A DNA stretch of 64,000 nucleotides from Eledone cirrhosa (taxonomy: Eukaryota). Positions 13,105 to 27,090 of this stretch are shown piece by piece (position 1 is the first letter of the stretch; every line of letters begins with the position of its first letter). The stretch lies in contig OZ024751.1 in NCBI GenBank assembly GCA_964016885.1, forward strand, positions 9,920,001 to 9,984,000, in the 5' to 3' direction. The notes below the pieces were generated by a model. That model was not told the origin of the DNA and made no database searches. It worked only from the letters and a program-made list of their open reading frames with translations. Made by a program: the position numbers and the translations under genes.

Positions 13105-13930
13105 TGTCCCCCACTTCCTCTGTCTGCCCCACCTTCTCCCACCCCCGCCTCCTCTGTCTGTCCTGCCTTCTCCTTCCCCCACTTCCTCCGTCTGTCCTGC
13201 CTTCTCCTTCCCCCACTTCCTCTGTCTGCCCCACCTTCTCCCACCCCCGCCTCCTCTGTCTGTCCTGCCTTCCTTTTCCACAACTTCCTCTGTCTGCCCC
13301 GCCTTCTCCTTCCCCCACTTCCTCTTTCTGCCCCACCTTCTCCCACCCCCGCCTCCTCTGTCTGTCCTGCCTTCCTTTTCCACAACTTCCTCTGTCTTCC
13401 CCGCCTTCTCCTTCCCCCACTTCCTCTGTCTGCCCCGCATTCTCCTTCCCCCATTTCCTCTGTCTGTCCCGTCATCTCCTTCCCCCATTTCCTCTGTCTT
13501 CCCCGTCTTCTCCTTCCCCCACTTCCTCTGTCTGCCCCGTCTTCTCCTTTCCCCATTTCCTCTGTCTGCCCCACCTTCTCCTTCCCCCACTTCCTCTATC
13601 TGACCCTCCTTCTTCTTCACCCACTTCCTCTGTCTGACCCACATTCTCTCCCCCCACTTCCTCTGTCTTCCCCACCTTCTCCTTCACCCACTTCCTCTGC
13701 CTGTCATCACATTCTCCCTCCCCACTTCCTCTGTCTGCCTCGCTTTCTCCCGCCACCACTTCCTCTGCCTGCCCCGCCTTCTCTGTCCTCCACTCTCTCT
13801 GTCGGCCACGCCTTCTCCCCCCCCCACACTCACACAGACTGTGCAGCCTGTCCCCCGCCTCCTCTGTCGGTCGGCCCCACCTTCTTCTTCCCCGATTCCT
13901 CTGTCCGAGCCACGTTCTCCTTCCCCCGCA
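13105..13930. repeat. Pyrimidine-rich ~34-bp minisatellite (CCCCACTTCCTCTGTCTGCCCCGCCTTCTCCTTC)
   Basis: Tandem units with a partial 102-bp higher-order repeat; decays rightward. Confidence 0.9.
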
Positions 13931-14087
13931 CTGTACCTTGGGGAATTGTCTTAGAGAGATATAAAATACGAAGGCCCCAATACATTTGCTAATGCCATAT
14001 ACTTGAAATCCTGGATAAAGACTAATGTATAGCAGAACTTAACAATATGAGCAACGACAAAACCAACGTTATAGGTATTCATTAAGA

Positions 14088-14277
14088 TAATTGTTTCTAC
14101 TTTTGGCACAAGGCCACCAATTATTCCAGTACATTACTGATACTTTATTTTATCGACCCCGTAAGGATGAAAGGCAAAATCAACCTCGGTGGGATTTGAA
14201 CTCAGATCATAAAGGGACGTAACTATGCTGGAAAGCATGGCGTCCGACCCTCTACCGATACTGCCAATCCACCGCTC
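14088..14277 (-). mobile_element. SINE family 1
   Basis: Reverse complement of the family 1 body. Confidence 0.85.
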
Positions 14278-14379
14278 ACCCAATTAAATGTTAAACCGAA
14301 TAAACTAATTACATTGATAAACATACAAATAGATGTCTCTTCTTTTAACAGCATTTACAGGTTATTCACCACCAATATT

Positions 14380-14437
<58 letters not shown>

Positions 14438-14573
14438 TATCCATATATGTATATATATTTATATATACATATATATATATATATATGTCTATATATACAT
14501 ATATATATATACATATATATATATACACACATACATATATATATACACACATACATATAAAATAACAGATTAA

Positions 14574-14624
14574 AGTTTAAGCAAAGAATCGCTGCTTTCC
14601 CCCTTAACGGGATCTTCTGAAACT
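14574..14624 (-). ncRNA. Hammerhead-like motif, family B (CAGAAGA core variant)
   Basis: Minus strand: AGTTT-CAGAAGA-TCCC GTTAA GGGG-GAAA-GCA..TGC-TT-AAACT. Confidence 0.55.
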
Positions 14625-15533
14625 AAAAAAATCAATCTGTGAAAGCAGAAGTAAATATTTCGAAAATCGTTGCAACTGAAGGAAGACAGGAAGACGATAC
14701 TTTGGTTTGTGGAGACGTTCCCTGGCAAAGAACTAAAAAAACGAAGATAATACGTAATTATGTGCATCGGGGAGAACAATTACACGCAAATATATAACCA
14801 TGTTTATGGTATACCTGAAGTCGTAGACTAAAATTCTATTTAGGAAACCGAATATTCTCGGCTTCAGAGTTAAGAATAATGTACATAAATTACAGAGGTA
14901 ATTGAAATCAACAAAAATTAAATATATACATGCACGCATCCGTATACGTACATACACATGCATACGCGAAAACATCCGCCATGGGTATCCAAATACAGAC
15001 CCGTGCACAGAAACACGCGCCCACATACAAAAAGCCACGCAACGCCTGTACCCTCACACATACGAATGTATACACCAAATACACATAAAGCATATATAGA
15101 AAAAATATATATATATATGCGTGTGTGTGTGTGCGAGTATACATATAATAATATAAACGTATATAAATATACACACATAAATACACATATAACGCACGCG
15201 CACACATACCTACATGTAAATACACATATGTTCGCTAAACGTCAACCAAAACACAAATTACTCATATACACACACCCTACATACGTGCAAACCCGGATAC
15301 ACACACAAATGCAAAACTCACGTATACACATAACCATATACACATGTAGCAGTATATATAATATAATATATACGCCTATAACAAATACAATCAAATATAC
15401 GTACGAGAAAGTATACGTACCTTCACAAAACATACAGGTAATATGTACTTACCTATACAAATAAGTAATGGTATAAAGATAACATATACTTAGCTACCAC
15501 ATCAAGACGTAAATTATCTGCGTATAGTTCGTA

Positions 15534-16451
15534 CTATCCGTTAGGGTATAATGTGGGGCTGTAATGCAGGAAGGTTTTGTGCAATTTATGTTTACAAGCC
15601 GAAATTGCCTCAGATTTTTTGTTTAAGATGTGGTCATTGGCGTAGTGTATTTCCAGGGCCTCAGCGGCGCAGAGGTCACATGGTCTTTTATTTCCGTTAT
15701 ATGATCTAGCCTCAGCTAAGATCTCCCAGTGTAACCTATATTGGGTGTGGTTGTCTTTTAGACTCCAGATATAAGCTGAAAGTGACGTCATATTCCTTCT
15801 TAAAGGGTTAAGAAAAGAATGGGTATGCATGTAAAGACGTTGTTTGAATCTATTGGTGGTTAACCCAATGTAGGCCCTACGGGACGTGGGTGTTTCAACC
15901 TTACAATTACAGTTAGTACTAGCTACAGAGTTTCACGTGTTCCTACGGCTAGGTAATTTAGCTAAATTTGAAGTAGTGATGTTATGTGCACGGTTAGGAG
16001 TCGTAGAGTAAGAAATTTTAATGGTATTTCTATTAAAAATTTTATTATATTTATGTGTTGGGGGGAAATGCTTCATATTAAGGAAGAGAAAGATCTTAGC
16101 TAATGGTGTGATCACCTCCATATTATATGGTGGGTTATACCATATAATGCATCTGGCTCCATTTTTCCTAGGTCTATGCTCATACGCGGTATATGCTACC
16201 TTATCGACAAATCCACTCCGAGCAAGAGCTTTATTGTAATATGTGGAATGGTCGGTGAAAATATGCTCGTTTGTAGATAGACGGGAAAGCTTCAAAGAAA
16301 CGATTCTTACCAGGTTCTTGGTTATGCTGGCAGGATGGTTAGAATGTTTACTTATGTAATTAAGCGTATCATTCGGCTTTCTATATGGGTAGTGCAAGCC
16401 ATTCGACGAGGGTAACGTCGAGGTAATTAACGACCGAGAGGTTGGCCTCAA
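15534..16451 (-). pseudogene. Naiad-like PLE fragment 1 (RT thumb, linker, GIY-YIG)
   Basis: YPYRKPN..HSNHP, IWYNPPY..KHFP..KIFNRNTIKISYS, CNC, AYIGLT..FKQR, CDLC..E, LNKKSE..CKH; one in-frame TGA and an apparent internal deletion. Confidence 0.85.
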
Positions 16452-16664
16452 CCTGTATGGAGAGGTTGAAGCCTTTAAAGCCTTTAAAGAAGGCTGTGAG
16501 TTCTTAGTTCTTTTCTAAACCTGTCGCAAGCGCGTGGGCTGCACTTTGACATGGTCAAAAGACCGCCATCACGGTACAAACCACCTTCCTTGATAGAGAA
16601 AAGAAGAAAAAGGCCGATAAGATGAGTAACTTCCGCAGAATTGCTGGCGCCCATACATATATAT

Positions 16665-16785
<121 letters not shown>

Positions 16786-16813
16786 CTTATATATATATAT
16801 ATACATTCATACT

Positions 16814-16847
<34 letters not shown>

Positions 16848-16869
16848 CATATATACATATATATATATA

Positions 16870-17960
16870 GTGGTAGAACACTGGAAGGTAATATCCGTAG
16901 TGGTAGAGCACTCAGTCCATGGGACGAGTGAGGTAGAAGTGGTTACACAACAGTTAGTTCACCATACCGAGAACAATTGTTTCACCTTAGCGGATCCTCA
17001 GCTCGTAATGGGCGTGGTTATACGGAACAGGAAGGACAACCGTGCGAACGCGCATGAGCAGAAACCCGTCACTTCACACAAGCTATACTAAAATGCGTGC
17101 GAGAGGTGTAAGGGGGATAACTGCGAAAGTCCGAAAAGTTTTTAGTTGATAAGAAAAAATATTGATGTTGTTACAATAATTCATTCAATCCGGAATTTTG
17201 TAGTTATTCAATAGGTGTTTCAAGACGTGTGGACAACGTGTGAAAAATTCATTTCTCGTGTTTAGACAATCACTATTGCATAATCTCTTTAGAATATTTA
17301 TTCGTTTGTTAATACACAGTCCACACGACGGATTTCCCCTTGCGTATGGCTTGGTCTTAGTGATGGCTTTCCATTGAATGGAGTAGTCTATACTTGAGTC
17401 CTTGAGGGACCATACGTGGCTCACGAGTTTCGTGAATGAACGTCTGTCCGGGTACCTAAAGGTCGACTGATGGTTCAGGAAACGTTCCTTAAATCGGCCC
17501 TCCGCCATGCCCACATAGGATTTGACCTCCTGTGGTTGGTTTGATCGGTTGGAAGTGACGACAGCTTCATAAATTACAACTGGTGTGTTGCATTGCTGTT
17601 GAAGGGGACAAGCTTCAGGCTTACGGCAAGAGCACCCTGGTGGGGTGTTGCTCCTAGGGCTGCTGGTGATGTGGGTCTTCATGTTCTTAGCGCAGGAGTA
17701 TCCTAGTTTTATTTGTGTCGGTTAAAGATGGAGATGTATTTATGACCTATGGGAAAGTGTCTATCTAAGAGGGCTAGAAATGTTTTCCTACATTGGTTTT
17801 AACGTTGAGTGAGAAGGGAGGTGAGAACCAGATAGTTTGTCTATTGTTGCGCTTTCTTTTCATATTGCTGTTGTTGATATTGGGAGAGTAAGTGATAGGT
17901 TGTGAGAAGCCGCTGTTAGCTAACGCCGTGTTATAGTAGGGTGCCACCCAGTCAAAGATA
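16870..17960 (-). mobile_element. Naiad-like PLE fragment 2 with 3' UTR ending at (TA)n
   Basis: WFSPPFS..TNVGK, CSCRKPEACPL..C, VIYEA..YVGMA..FKER, CGLC, LNTRNE..CPH (ORF 17185-17682). Confidence 0.88.
16968..17005 (-). ncRNA. Type-I hammerhead ribozyme, family C
   Basis: Minus strand: CGAG-CTGAGGA-T CC GCTAA GG T-GAAA-CAATTG-TT-CTCG; palindromic stem III. Confidence 0.75.
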
Positions 17961-18120
17961 GCCTGTAAAAAAGAAATAGGATTTCGCTTCAAGCATAGCT
18001 TTATACAATATGTATAAATATTTCGTATCTCCAAAGAAATATAGTTTTAGGAAGCCATAGCTATGCAAATACCAGGGGGCTAACGCCCTCTGGTGATGTC
18101 CAACAGAAGCAAGGGAGACA

Positions 18121-18164
18121 ACCGTCTATGCATTTCAGGCTTAACTGGCCTTCGTCAGGACGGT
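18121..18164 (-). ncRNA. Type-I hammerhead ribozyme, family D
   Basis: Exact reverse complement of 18376-18419. Confidence 0.85.
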
Positions 18165-18375
18165 CCCTCCCACCGCTTGCGACTGTTGGACTAGAAGACA
18201 GCTGAGAATATATACTTTTCTCGTCTGTGTAAATAAAGTGATTAATCTCATTTGCATATGAAGCTGCATAAGTTGGCTCAACTTATAATAAAAATTAATC
18301 ACCTCATTTACACAGACGAGAAAAGTATATATTCTCAGCTGTCTTCTAGTCCAGCAGTCGCAAACGGTGGGAGGG

Positions 18376-18419
18376 ACCGTCCTGACGAAGGCCAGTTAAG
18401 CCTGAAATGCATAGACGGT
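18376..18419 (+). ncRNA. Type-I hammerhead ribozyme, family D
   Basis: ACCGTC-CTGACGA-AGGC CAGTTAA GCCT-GAAA-TGCA-TA-GACGGT: canonical core, 6-bp stem I, palindromic stem III. Confidence 0.85.
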
Positions 18420-18624
18420 TGTCCCCCTTGCTTCTGCTGGACATCACCTGAAGGCGACAGCCCCCCCCCCCCCCTCGAACCACAACCACAACCACAACCA
18501 CCACCACCACCCACCCACCCGGTGTTTGCATAGCTACGGGTTCCTAAAACTGTATTTCTTTGGAGATACGAAATATTTATACATATTGTATAAAGCTATG
18601 CTTGAAGCGAAATCCTATTTCTTT

Positions 18625-18753
<129 letters not shown>

Positions 18754-20779
18754 ACATCAAGAATAAAATAACCACTTGCTAGTTAAAATAGGTCAAATAA
18801 ATGTTAAGATAGACAAGATCAGTGCACAAGTAGACAACTTTAACAAACAATACATATTAATGTGATACAATATAAGATAATCCGAATAGTTTCTACCAAA
18901 CTTAGATGAAGCCACTGAAGTAGTTAACATATCTTCTTGAAACGTAGAAAGTCTGTTTACAAATGTTATATTGGCAGAAACAATAGAAACCTTATTAAAT
19001 TTTCTATCTTTACACACAAGAAAACAACTAATCGCAATACCAACTAAAATACTGAAAAATTATTAGTGTCTTGTATGTCAGAAGTAAGTTTTCGTTGTAC
19101 ACAATGTAAAATAATATAGACACGGGTTCATTCTTGGCGTGCATAGATTCTCTAACATGTATAACAATATTAATGTCAGAATCACTCGCTGCTATAAATC
19201 CTCTATCAAATTATAAAGCTTATTCAAGAAGGAATTTAGTTATAGACGGAAAGAAGTTTATTATATTAGGATTGTTTAACAAGCTGACGCGTATGTGTAT
19301 ATGAGTGTGCGTGTGTGTATGTGCATATGTATACATTTATATGTATGAGTATATAAATATAAACGTGCAAACACAGACACACTTACAAAAATACACACTC
19401 CCAGACATACATTCACACAAGCATACACATACATTCACACAAACACATACACACATACACAGCATAACAAATAAAAGACCAGCCGCTATTTTGCTGTAGT
19501 TTTTTTCACCATCCCTTGCCTTCGTTTTACAGACACATTCTCGCATGCAGCATACGTAAAGAGAGAGGAGTAGTATGAGGTAGTCAAACTACTCCTCTCT
19601 CTTTACGTGTTGTGACAGAATCATAGAAATGTATGTCTAGATTGAACAGCATACGTTTACAAAGGTGTTTATTACCTATTTTATCTGTGGATATCTGATA
19701 TATTTCCACAATATGAGATTAAGTAAAGTCCTGCTTCATATGCAAATGAGATTAATCACCTCATTTACACAAATTTTAATGTTATTATATTTATGTGTTG
19801 GGGGGAAATGCTTCATAATAAGGAAGAGAAAGATCTTAGCTAATGGTGTGACCACCTCCATATTATATGGTGGGTTGAAACATATACAATTAAGTATAAG
19901 AAAACACTGTATGTTCTTTGGTATAAAAGAAAAGATATCTCGTAGCTCGTTTACACAGGATGATATCATTATCACCATAGATCTCGTTTTGATTTAGATT
20001 TCTTTAAAATATTTCCTAACCGTTAATCTTATATCAAGTAAATATTCTCATTGCGGGTTTAAATCAGGCCTGTCAACATCCAGCTCGGGTACTATGATTT
20101 ATGACTGCTATTTATATTAATATTGCAGCTAAGTTAAAGTCTTATCCATGATAAAACTTTTCAAAGAAATTTGTTGCAGGCACTCTCGTGGTGTTCTATG
20201 TAGTTTAAATCAACTTTACTGAAATAAAACCTATTATCCAATATCCAGTGCCAAAATATTTTTATAAACACACACAAAGACATACGCATGCAAATATGTA
20301 AGTATATGTATTGTGTGTGCGTATGTGTATGCCTGTTTATATATATTATATATAATATATATAATGTATATATAAAATACATGTATACATACTGATGTAC
20401 ACACGCGTATATATACATGTATTTATATATACATGACTCACCCTGTTTCCGTATTTGTCTATGTATTTGTATACCTGAATATGAGTGTATGTATATATGT
20501 GTATATTTATATATATACATATATATACATATATATACATATTTTATATATATATATAAATATATAAATACAAATATATATATATACATATAAATACATA
20601 GATACAAAATACATACAAATATATATATATATAATATATTAACAAATGGAAACTATATTTATAAAACCATATTTATTTCATTATTCATATTTCAAGTTGA
20701 GTGCTTTATATCAGTTATAAAAATATTTGCTTGTTGTATCCCAACAAATTAAATATAACTTCTACATATATATATATTG

Positions 20780-20824
<45 letters not shown>

Positions 20825-20910
20825 CATACAAATATATACATATATATGAATGTATACGTACAAATATATATATATATATACAAATATATATATATGAATG
20901 TATACATACA

Positions 20911-20956
<46 letters not shown>

Positions 20957-21158
20957 TATATATGCAAATATATATATACATATATACATATATATATACA
21001 AATTTATATATTCGTATACACTTATACATATATAGACATATATATATACAAATATAGATATATATATATACACACATAAATATATATATAATACATATAT
21101 ACACACAAATATATATACATATATATATACACAAATATATATATACCTATATATGCAA

Positions 21159-21339
<181 letters not shown>

Positions 21340-22329
21340 CAAATAGTTGATTGCAATTTATCACGTTATGTCGTGTTTCCATAGTTAACTTGACATTGCA
21401 GTATTAACATTCCGGAGATTAGATTCCTTGCTTGGTATAACTATTATTCCTTACATTTTCCTCCTAAGTTGAGACTTTACTTGAGGGTATCGAATCTAAA
21501 TAGAAACATACACATTAAAGTAGAAACAGATATTACTGGTACTTGGTGTAGGGACCCTTACGAATGAAACTAAAATTCTAGTCCGTTGAGACTTCAAGTT
21601 AAAATATAAAGATAAAAGAACTAAATACATTATAGAGTTTTTTCTACCATTCTGTCTGGGGGCTTTCGTAGTGGCTAGGTTGGGCCCCTTTCGGCAAATA
21701 TTACCAAATGAGTGAACCAAAATCTCACACTAATGCTTGGCTCAATTTGTGTAGAGTTAATCAGAAAATACTAACACATATTTCACTACAATATGAAATA
21801 GAGACAAGAAACTGTCTGTCAGTTATTTTACTTTAATTTAATTTTCGGAGACAGATAAGACAGATATATTGATTCTAGTTCAGAGAACATATTATTACTT
21901 ACATGTACTATAAACTTAGTCTATGAGGCGGCTAGGGAATCTCTACATCGTCACTTCATCTGCTAGAAATAGCTGCGAATCATACCCACTGACATAAAGA
22001 ATGATATATTTAATGATAAAATAATATCTGTAAAAGAAAAAGGACTGCAATTCTGTTGGGTGAACTAAACAAAGTCCACAATAATTCAATCACTTATTCT
22101 CCCCGACCCCTACGTATATGAAATAGGCCATTGAAAAGACTGGTTAAAGCTACTACATATCCACCTCAATAATTCTTTCTAACATTGGCACCAAGCCAGA
22201 ATTTGAAAGAAAGGGAAAGTCGATTATATTGACACCAGTACTTGAAAGGTACTATATTTTATTGACTTTAGAAAGATGAAAGGGACATTTGACAACAACG
22301 GTATTTGAACCCAAATTTAAAAAGTTGAA

Positions 22330-22805
22330 ACAATAAGCTCTTAAGCAACTCATGTCAAACAATAATCTCTTGAGCCAGTTATGTCAAACAATGATCTTTA
22401 GAGCATGTCATGTGAAACAATGATCTCTTGAGTCACTCATGTGAGCCAATGATCTCTTGACGCACCTATGTCAAACAATGGTCTTTTGAGCCACTTATAT
22501 TAAACAAAAATCTCTTGAACCACTCATGTTAAACAATGATCTATTGAGCCACCCATGGGAAAGAATGATCTCTTGAGCCAATTATGTCAAACACTGATCT
22601 CTTCAGGCAGTTATGAGAGACAATGATCTCTTGGGTCACCTATGTGAGACAACAGTCATTTGAGTCACCTATGACAAACAATTATCTTTTGAGCCACGTA
22701 TGGGAGCCAAAGATCACTTGATCCACCTATGTCATCTAATAGTCATTTGAGCCACACATATCAAACAATGATCTCTTGCGCCACCTATATGAGACAACGA
22801 TCTCT
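22330..22805. repeat. 29-bp minisatellite (ATGTCAAACAATGATCTCTTGAGCCACCT), ~16 diverged units
   Basis: 29-bp period visible, e.g. 22381 and 22410. Confidence 0.9.
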
Positions 22806-23134
22806 TCGCATTAAAATCAATCATTAAAATTTCTCTCTACGTGAGACTTTACCTATAAGTTGAAATGTTTATCACAGTTGAATACCGAACTACATTTTGT
22901 GGCATTATACGCAATACAAAAACAGCTCCAAGCAACGACTACCATAACCTGTCCAATATTTCTATACTAATAAATCATGAAATAATTGCACGCAAGACCA
23001 GCGGGTTGTTTTTAAAATAAATAGCATTCTGGATGAGGTCTTTAAATCTGTAATGTAGGTTACTCTTGAAGCAGTGACCCTTTTAATTTTTCACCTTACA
23101 GTTAATTGCCTGCAGTAAATCGAAATCTCGCCGA

Positions 23135-23262
23135 CACCATTACCACCACCGCCACCACCACCACTACCACCACTACCACTACCACCACTACCACCACCAC
23201 CACCTCCACAACCGCCACTACCACTATCTCAACACCACTACCACCACCACCACCACTACCAC
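23135..23262. repeat. (ACC/ACT)n microsatellite
   Basis: Direct reading. Confidence 0.9.
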
Positions 23263-23394
23263 TATCACAGCACTACATAATAAAATAATTTTTAATGGAA
23301 TATACTTTTATATACAAATATGTGTGCGTGTATATATATATGTATATGTGTGTATATATAAATGTATATATATATGTGCATATATATATGCGCG

Positions 23395-23443
<49 letters not shown>

Positions 23444-23586
23444 TATATATATAAATACACGCATACAAACAGATATAGTATGTATGCGTGTGCAAACGCT
23501 TCCTGTCTGAGTATACATATGCGTGAAATATGTACAAACAATCTCACACACATATATGCATGCATATGTGTATATATGTATGTATG

Positions 23587-23638
<52 letters not shown>

Positions 23639-24184
23639 CATGTATGTATATGTGTGTGCCTGTGTATGCGTGTATGTGTGTGTGTGTATGCGTGTATGTG
23701 TATATGCCCAGAAAAGAGAAAAAGTTCTATCATCATATTGCTGTTTACACACGCGTCTACGTTTAGAGACATTTATTCTCTTCCCGGTTGGTATTTTAAA
23801 GTTTATTTTGACCGGCCACATTCCTGGTGGCAACGTTATAAAAATGTTAGGAGCTCTTGTTTTCATTTGTCTATCTACAACTATCCACTCTTAATATTTT
23901 AATTGCTTCTTTCAGATTTTTTATTTTGTCGAGTAACCTTATTATCCTTAAACTATGAATCATTGAGCTGTGTTCTTTTGCCAGCATCCGAAGTTCAACC
24001 ATATTTACATCCAGATGGTTTGTTAATATATCCTGTCTTTTTGCTGAAAATAAATCAATCGACAAAAATCCAGACTTCATTCGTTCATCGAGTAGGGTGG
24101 AACTCGTCAAATCGGATCAAGGAAACTATTTCAGTTATTCTTTCCATTGCTGATACTATCTACCGGTTGTAACTCCTGGCATAA

Positions 24185-24305
24185 GGAGCAACGTGAAATA
24201 AATTGCCTTCTTCCATGACATAACCTATTCACTCTGGCCAGGAATTGAACTCGCATCCTCACGATTGATAATCCAATTTGTTAATCACTAAGCCATGTGC
24301 CTTCA
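24185..24305 (-). mobile_element. SINE family 2, diverged
   Basis: Reverse complement of 7317-7430 (CCAGGAATTGAACTC..CTCACGATTG..CACTAAGCCA). Confidence 0.6.
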
Positions 24306-24639
24306 CCTCTTTGAAGTATTTGTTGTAATAATGCGTATAATGCTGAAATGTTGATTAAAAACATGTCTCTCTCCTATAATAAGCTATTCATATTTGTCAT
24401 TTGTGTTGCATGTAATTGGTAGATAATTCTTGCTCCTGGATTGCAGGGGTAACTTTTACGGTGGGCTGTTACAAGCGTGTCAGTTCTCTATATCCGGATT
24501 TTGAGGGATTTATTCTCGCTTTCATTGACAACGTTTTGGTGGGCCCGAGCCTGGAGAAGAAGACAGTTAATCAAGGTGGCTCAGAAGAAGAGCCTGGGCT
24601 AGAATAGAGAGAGTAGACCAGTGTGTCGCAGAATACCTT

Positions 24640-27090
24640 AGGCTACAGAAAAGAGAGTTGCAGGGTGCCGCAGAAGAAGACCTTGGACTACAGAAAAGAG
24701 AGTTGGCTAGGGTGCCGCAGAAGAAGACCTTGGACTACAGAAAAGAGAGTTGGCTAGGGTGCCGCAGAAGAAGACCTTGGACTACAGAAAAGAGAGTTGG
24801 CTAGGGTGCCACAGAAGAAGACCTTAGGCTACAGAAAAGAGAGTTGCAGGGTGCCGCAGAAGAAGACCTTGGACTACAGAAAAGATAGTTGGCTAGGGTG
24901 CCACAGAAGAAGACCTTGGGCTACAGAAAAGAGAGTTGGCTAGGGTGCCACAGAAGAAGACCTTAGGCTACAGAAAAGAGAGTTGGCTAGGGTTCCACAG
25001 AAGAAGACCTTGGGCTACAGAAAAGAGAGTTGCAGGGTGCCGCAGAAGAAGACCTTGGACTACAGAAAAGAGAGTTGGCTAGGGTGCCACAGAAGAAGAC
25101 CTTAGGCTACAGAAAAGAGAGTTGCAGGGTGCCGCAGAAGAAGACCTTGGACTACAGAAAAGATAGTTGGCTAGGGTGCCACGGAAGAAGACCTTGGGCT
25201 ACAGAAAAGAGAGTTGGCTAGGGTGCCACAGAAGAAGACCTTAGGCTACAGAAAAGAGAGTTGGCTAGGGTTCCACAGAAGAAGACCTTGGGCTACAGAA
25301 AAGAGAGTTGCAGGGTGCCGCAGAAGAAGACCTTGGACTACAGAAAAGAGAGTTGGCTAGGGTGCCACAGAAGAAGACCTTAGGCTACAGGAAAGAGAGT
25401 TGCAGGGTGCCGCAGAAGAAGACCTTGGACTACAGAAAAGAGAATTGGCTAGGGTGGCACAGAAGAAGACCTTAAGCTACAGAAAAGAGAGTTGCAGGGT
25501 GCCACAGAAGAAGACCTTGGACTACAGAAAAGAGAGTTGGCTAGGGTGGCACAGAAGAAGACCTTAAGCTACAGAAAAGAGAGTTGCAGGGTGCCACAGA
25601 AGAAGACCTTGGACTACAGAAAAGAGAGTTGGCTAGGGTGGCACAGAAGAAGACCTTAAGCTACAGAAAAGAGAGTTGCAGGGTGCCACAGAAGAAGACC
25701 TTGGACTACAGAAAAGAGAGTTGGCTAGGGTGCCACAGAAGAAGACCTTGGGCTACAGAAAAGAGAGTTGACTAGGGTGCCACAGAAGAAGACCTTGGGC
25801 TACAGAAAAGAGAGTTGGCTAGGGTTCCACAGAAGATCTTAAGCTACAGAAAAGAGAGTTGCAGGGTGCCGCAGAAGAAGACCTTGGACTACAGAAAAGA
25901 GAGTTGGCTAGGTTTCCACAGAAGAAGACCTTAAGCTACAGAAAAGAGAGTTGCAGGGTGCCACAGAAGAAGACTTTAGGCTACAGAAAAGAGAGTTGGC
26001 TAGGGTGCCACAGAAGAAGACCTTAAGCTACAGAAAAGATAGTTGGCTAGGGTGCCACAGAAGAAGACCTTAAGCTACAGAAAAGAGAGTTGCAGGGTGC
26101 CGCAGAAGAAGACCTTGGACTACAGAAAAGAGAGTTGGCTAGGGTGCCACAGAAGAAGACCTTGGACTACAGAAAAGAGAGTTGCAGGGTGTCACAGAAG
26201 AAGACCTTGGACTACAGAAAAGAGAGTTGGCTAGGGTGCCACAGAAGAAGACCTTGGGCTACAGAAAAGAGAGTTGGCTAGGGTGCCACAGAAGAAGACC
26301 TTAGGCTACAGAAAAGAGTGTTGGCTAGGGTGCCACAGAAGAAGACCTTAGGCTACAGAAAAGAGAGTTGCAAGGTGCCGCAGAAGAAGACCTTGGACTA
26401 CAGAAAAGAGAGTTGGCTAGGGTGCCACAGAAGAATACCTTGGGCTACAGAAAAGAGAGTTGGCTAGGGTTCCACAGAAGAAGACCTTGGGCTGCAGAAA
26501 AGAGAGTTGGCTAGTGTTCCACAGAAGAAGACCTTAGGCTACAGAAAAGAGAGTTGCAGGGTGCCACAGAAGAAGACCTTGGGCTACAGAAAAGAGAGTT
26601 GGCTAGGGTTCCACAGAAGAAGACCTTGGGCTACAGAAAAGAGAGTTGGCTAGTGTTCCACAGAAGAAGACCTTAGGCTACAGAAAAGAGAGTTGCAGGG
26701 TGCCACAGAAGAAGACCTTGGACTACAGAAAAGAGAGTTGGCTAGGGTGCCACAGAAGAAGACCTTGGGCTACAGAAAAGAGAGTTGCAAGGTGCCGCAG
26801 AAGAAGACCTTAGGCTACAGAAAAGAGAGTTGCAGGGTGCCACAGAAGAAGATCTTGGACTAGAGAAAAGAGAGTTGGCTAGGGTGCCACAGAAGAAGAC
26901 CTTGGGCTATAGAAAAGAGAGTTGCAGGGTGCCACAGAAGAAGACCTTAGGCTACAGAAAATAGAGTTGGCTAGGGTTCCACAGAAGAAGACCTTAAGCT
27001 ACAGAAAAGAGAGTTGGCTAGGGTTCCACAGAAGAAGACCTTGGGCCACAGAAAAGAGAGTTGCAGGGTGCCGCAGAAGAAGACCTTGGG
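24640..27090. repeat. 45/47-bp minisatellite array, ~50 units
   Basis: Unit GGGTGCCACAGAAGAAGACCTTGGGCTACAGAAAAGAGAGTT(GGCTA|GCA); degenerate units continue on both flanks. Confidence 0.97.

Noticed and set aside
13006-13992. 328-aa Pro/Ser-rich CDS
   Set aside because: The 34-bp unit rotates through all frames and is open in several frames on both strands; a repeat artefact
15933-15935. In-frame TGA as selenocysteine, as reported for some Naiad PLEs
   Set aside because: Falls in a variable linker (RRNT*NSVA), not at a conserved Cys; likely CGA to TGA decay; no SECIS recognised
22330-22805. CRISPR-like 29-bp repeats
   Set aside because: Head-to-tail degenerate tandem units without spacers
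23871-24172. Host exon or hAT C-terminal domain
   Set aside because: Short ORFs with only vague resemblance; no supportable motif or splice pattern
24640-27090. CRISPR array
   Set aside because: Units are contiguous with no unique spacers; no cas genes; eukaryotic context
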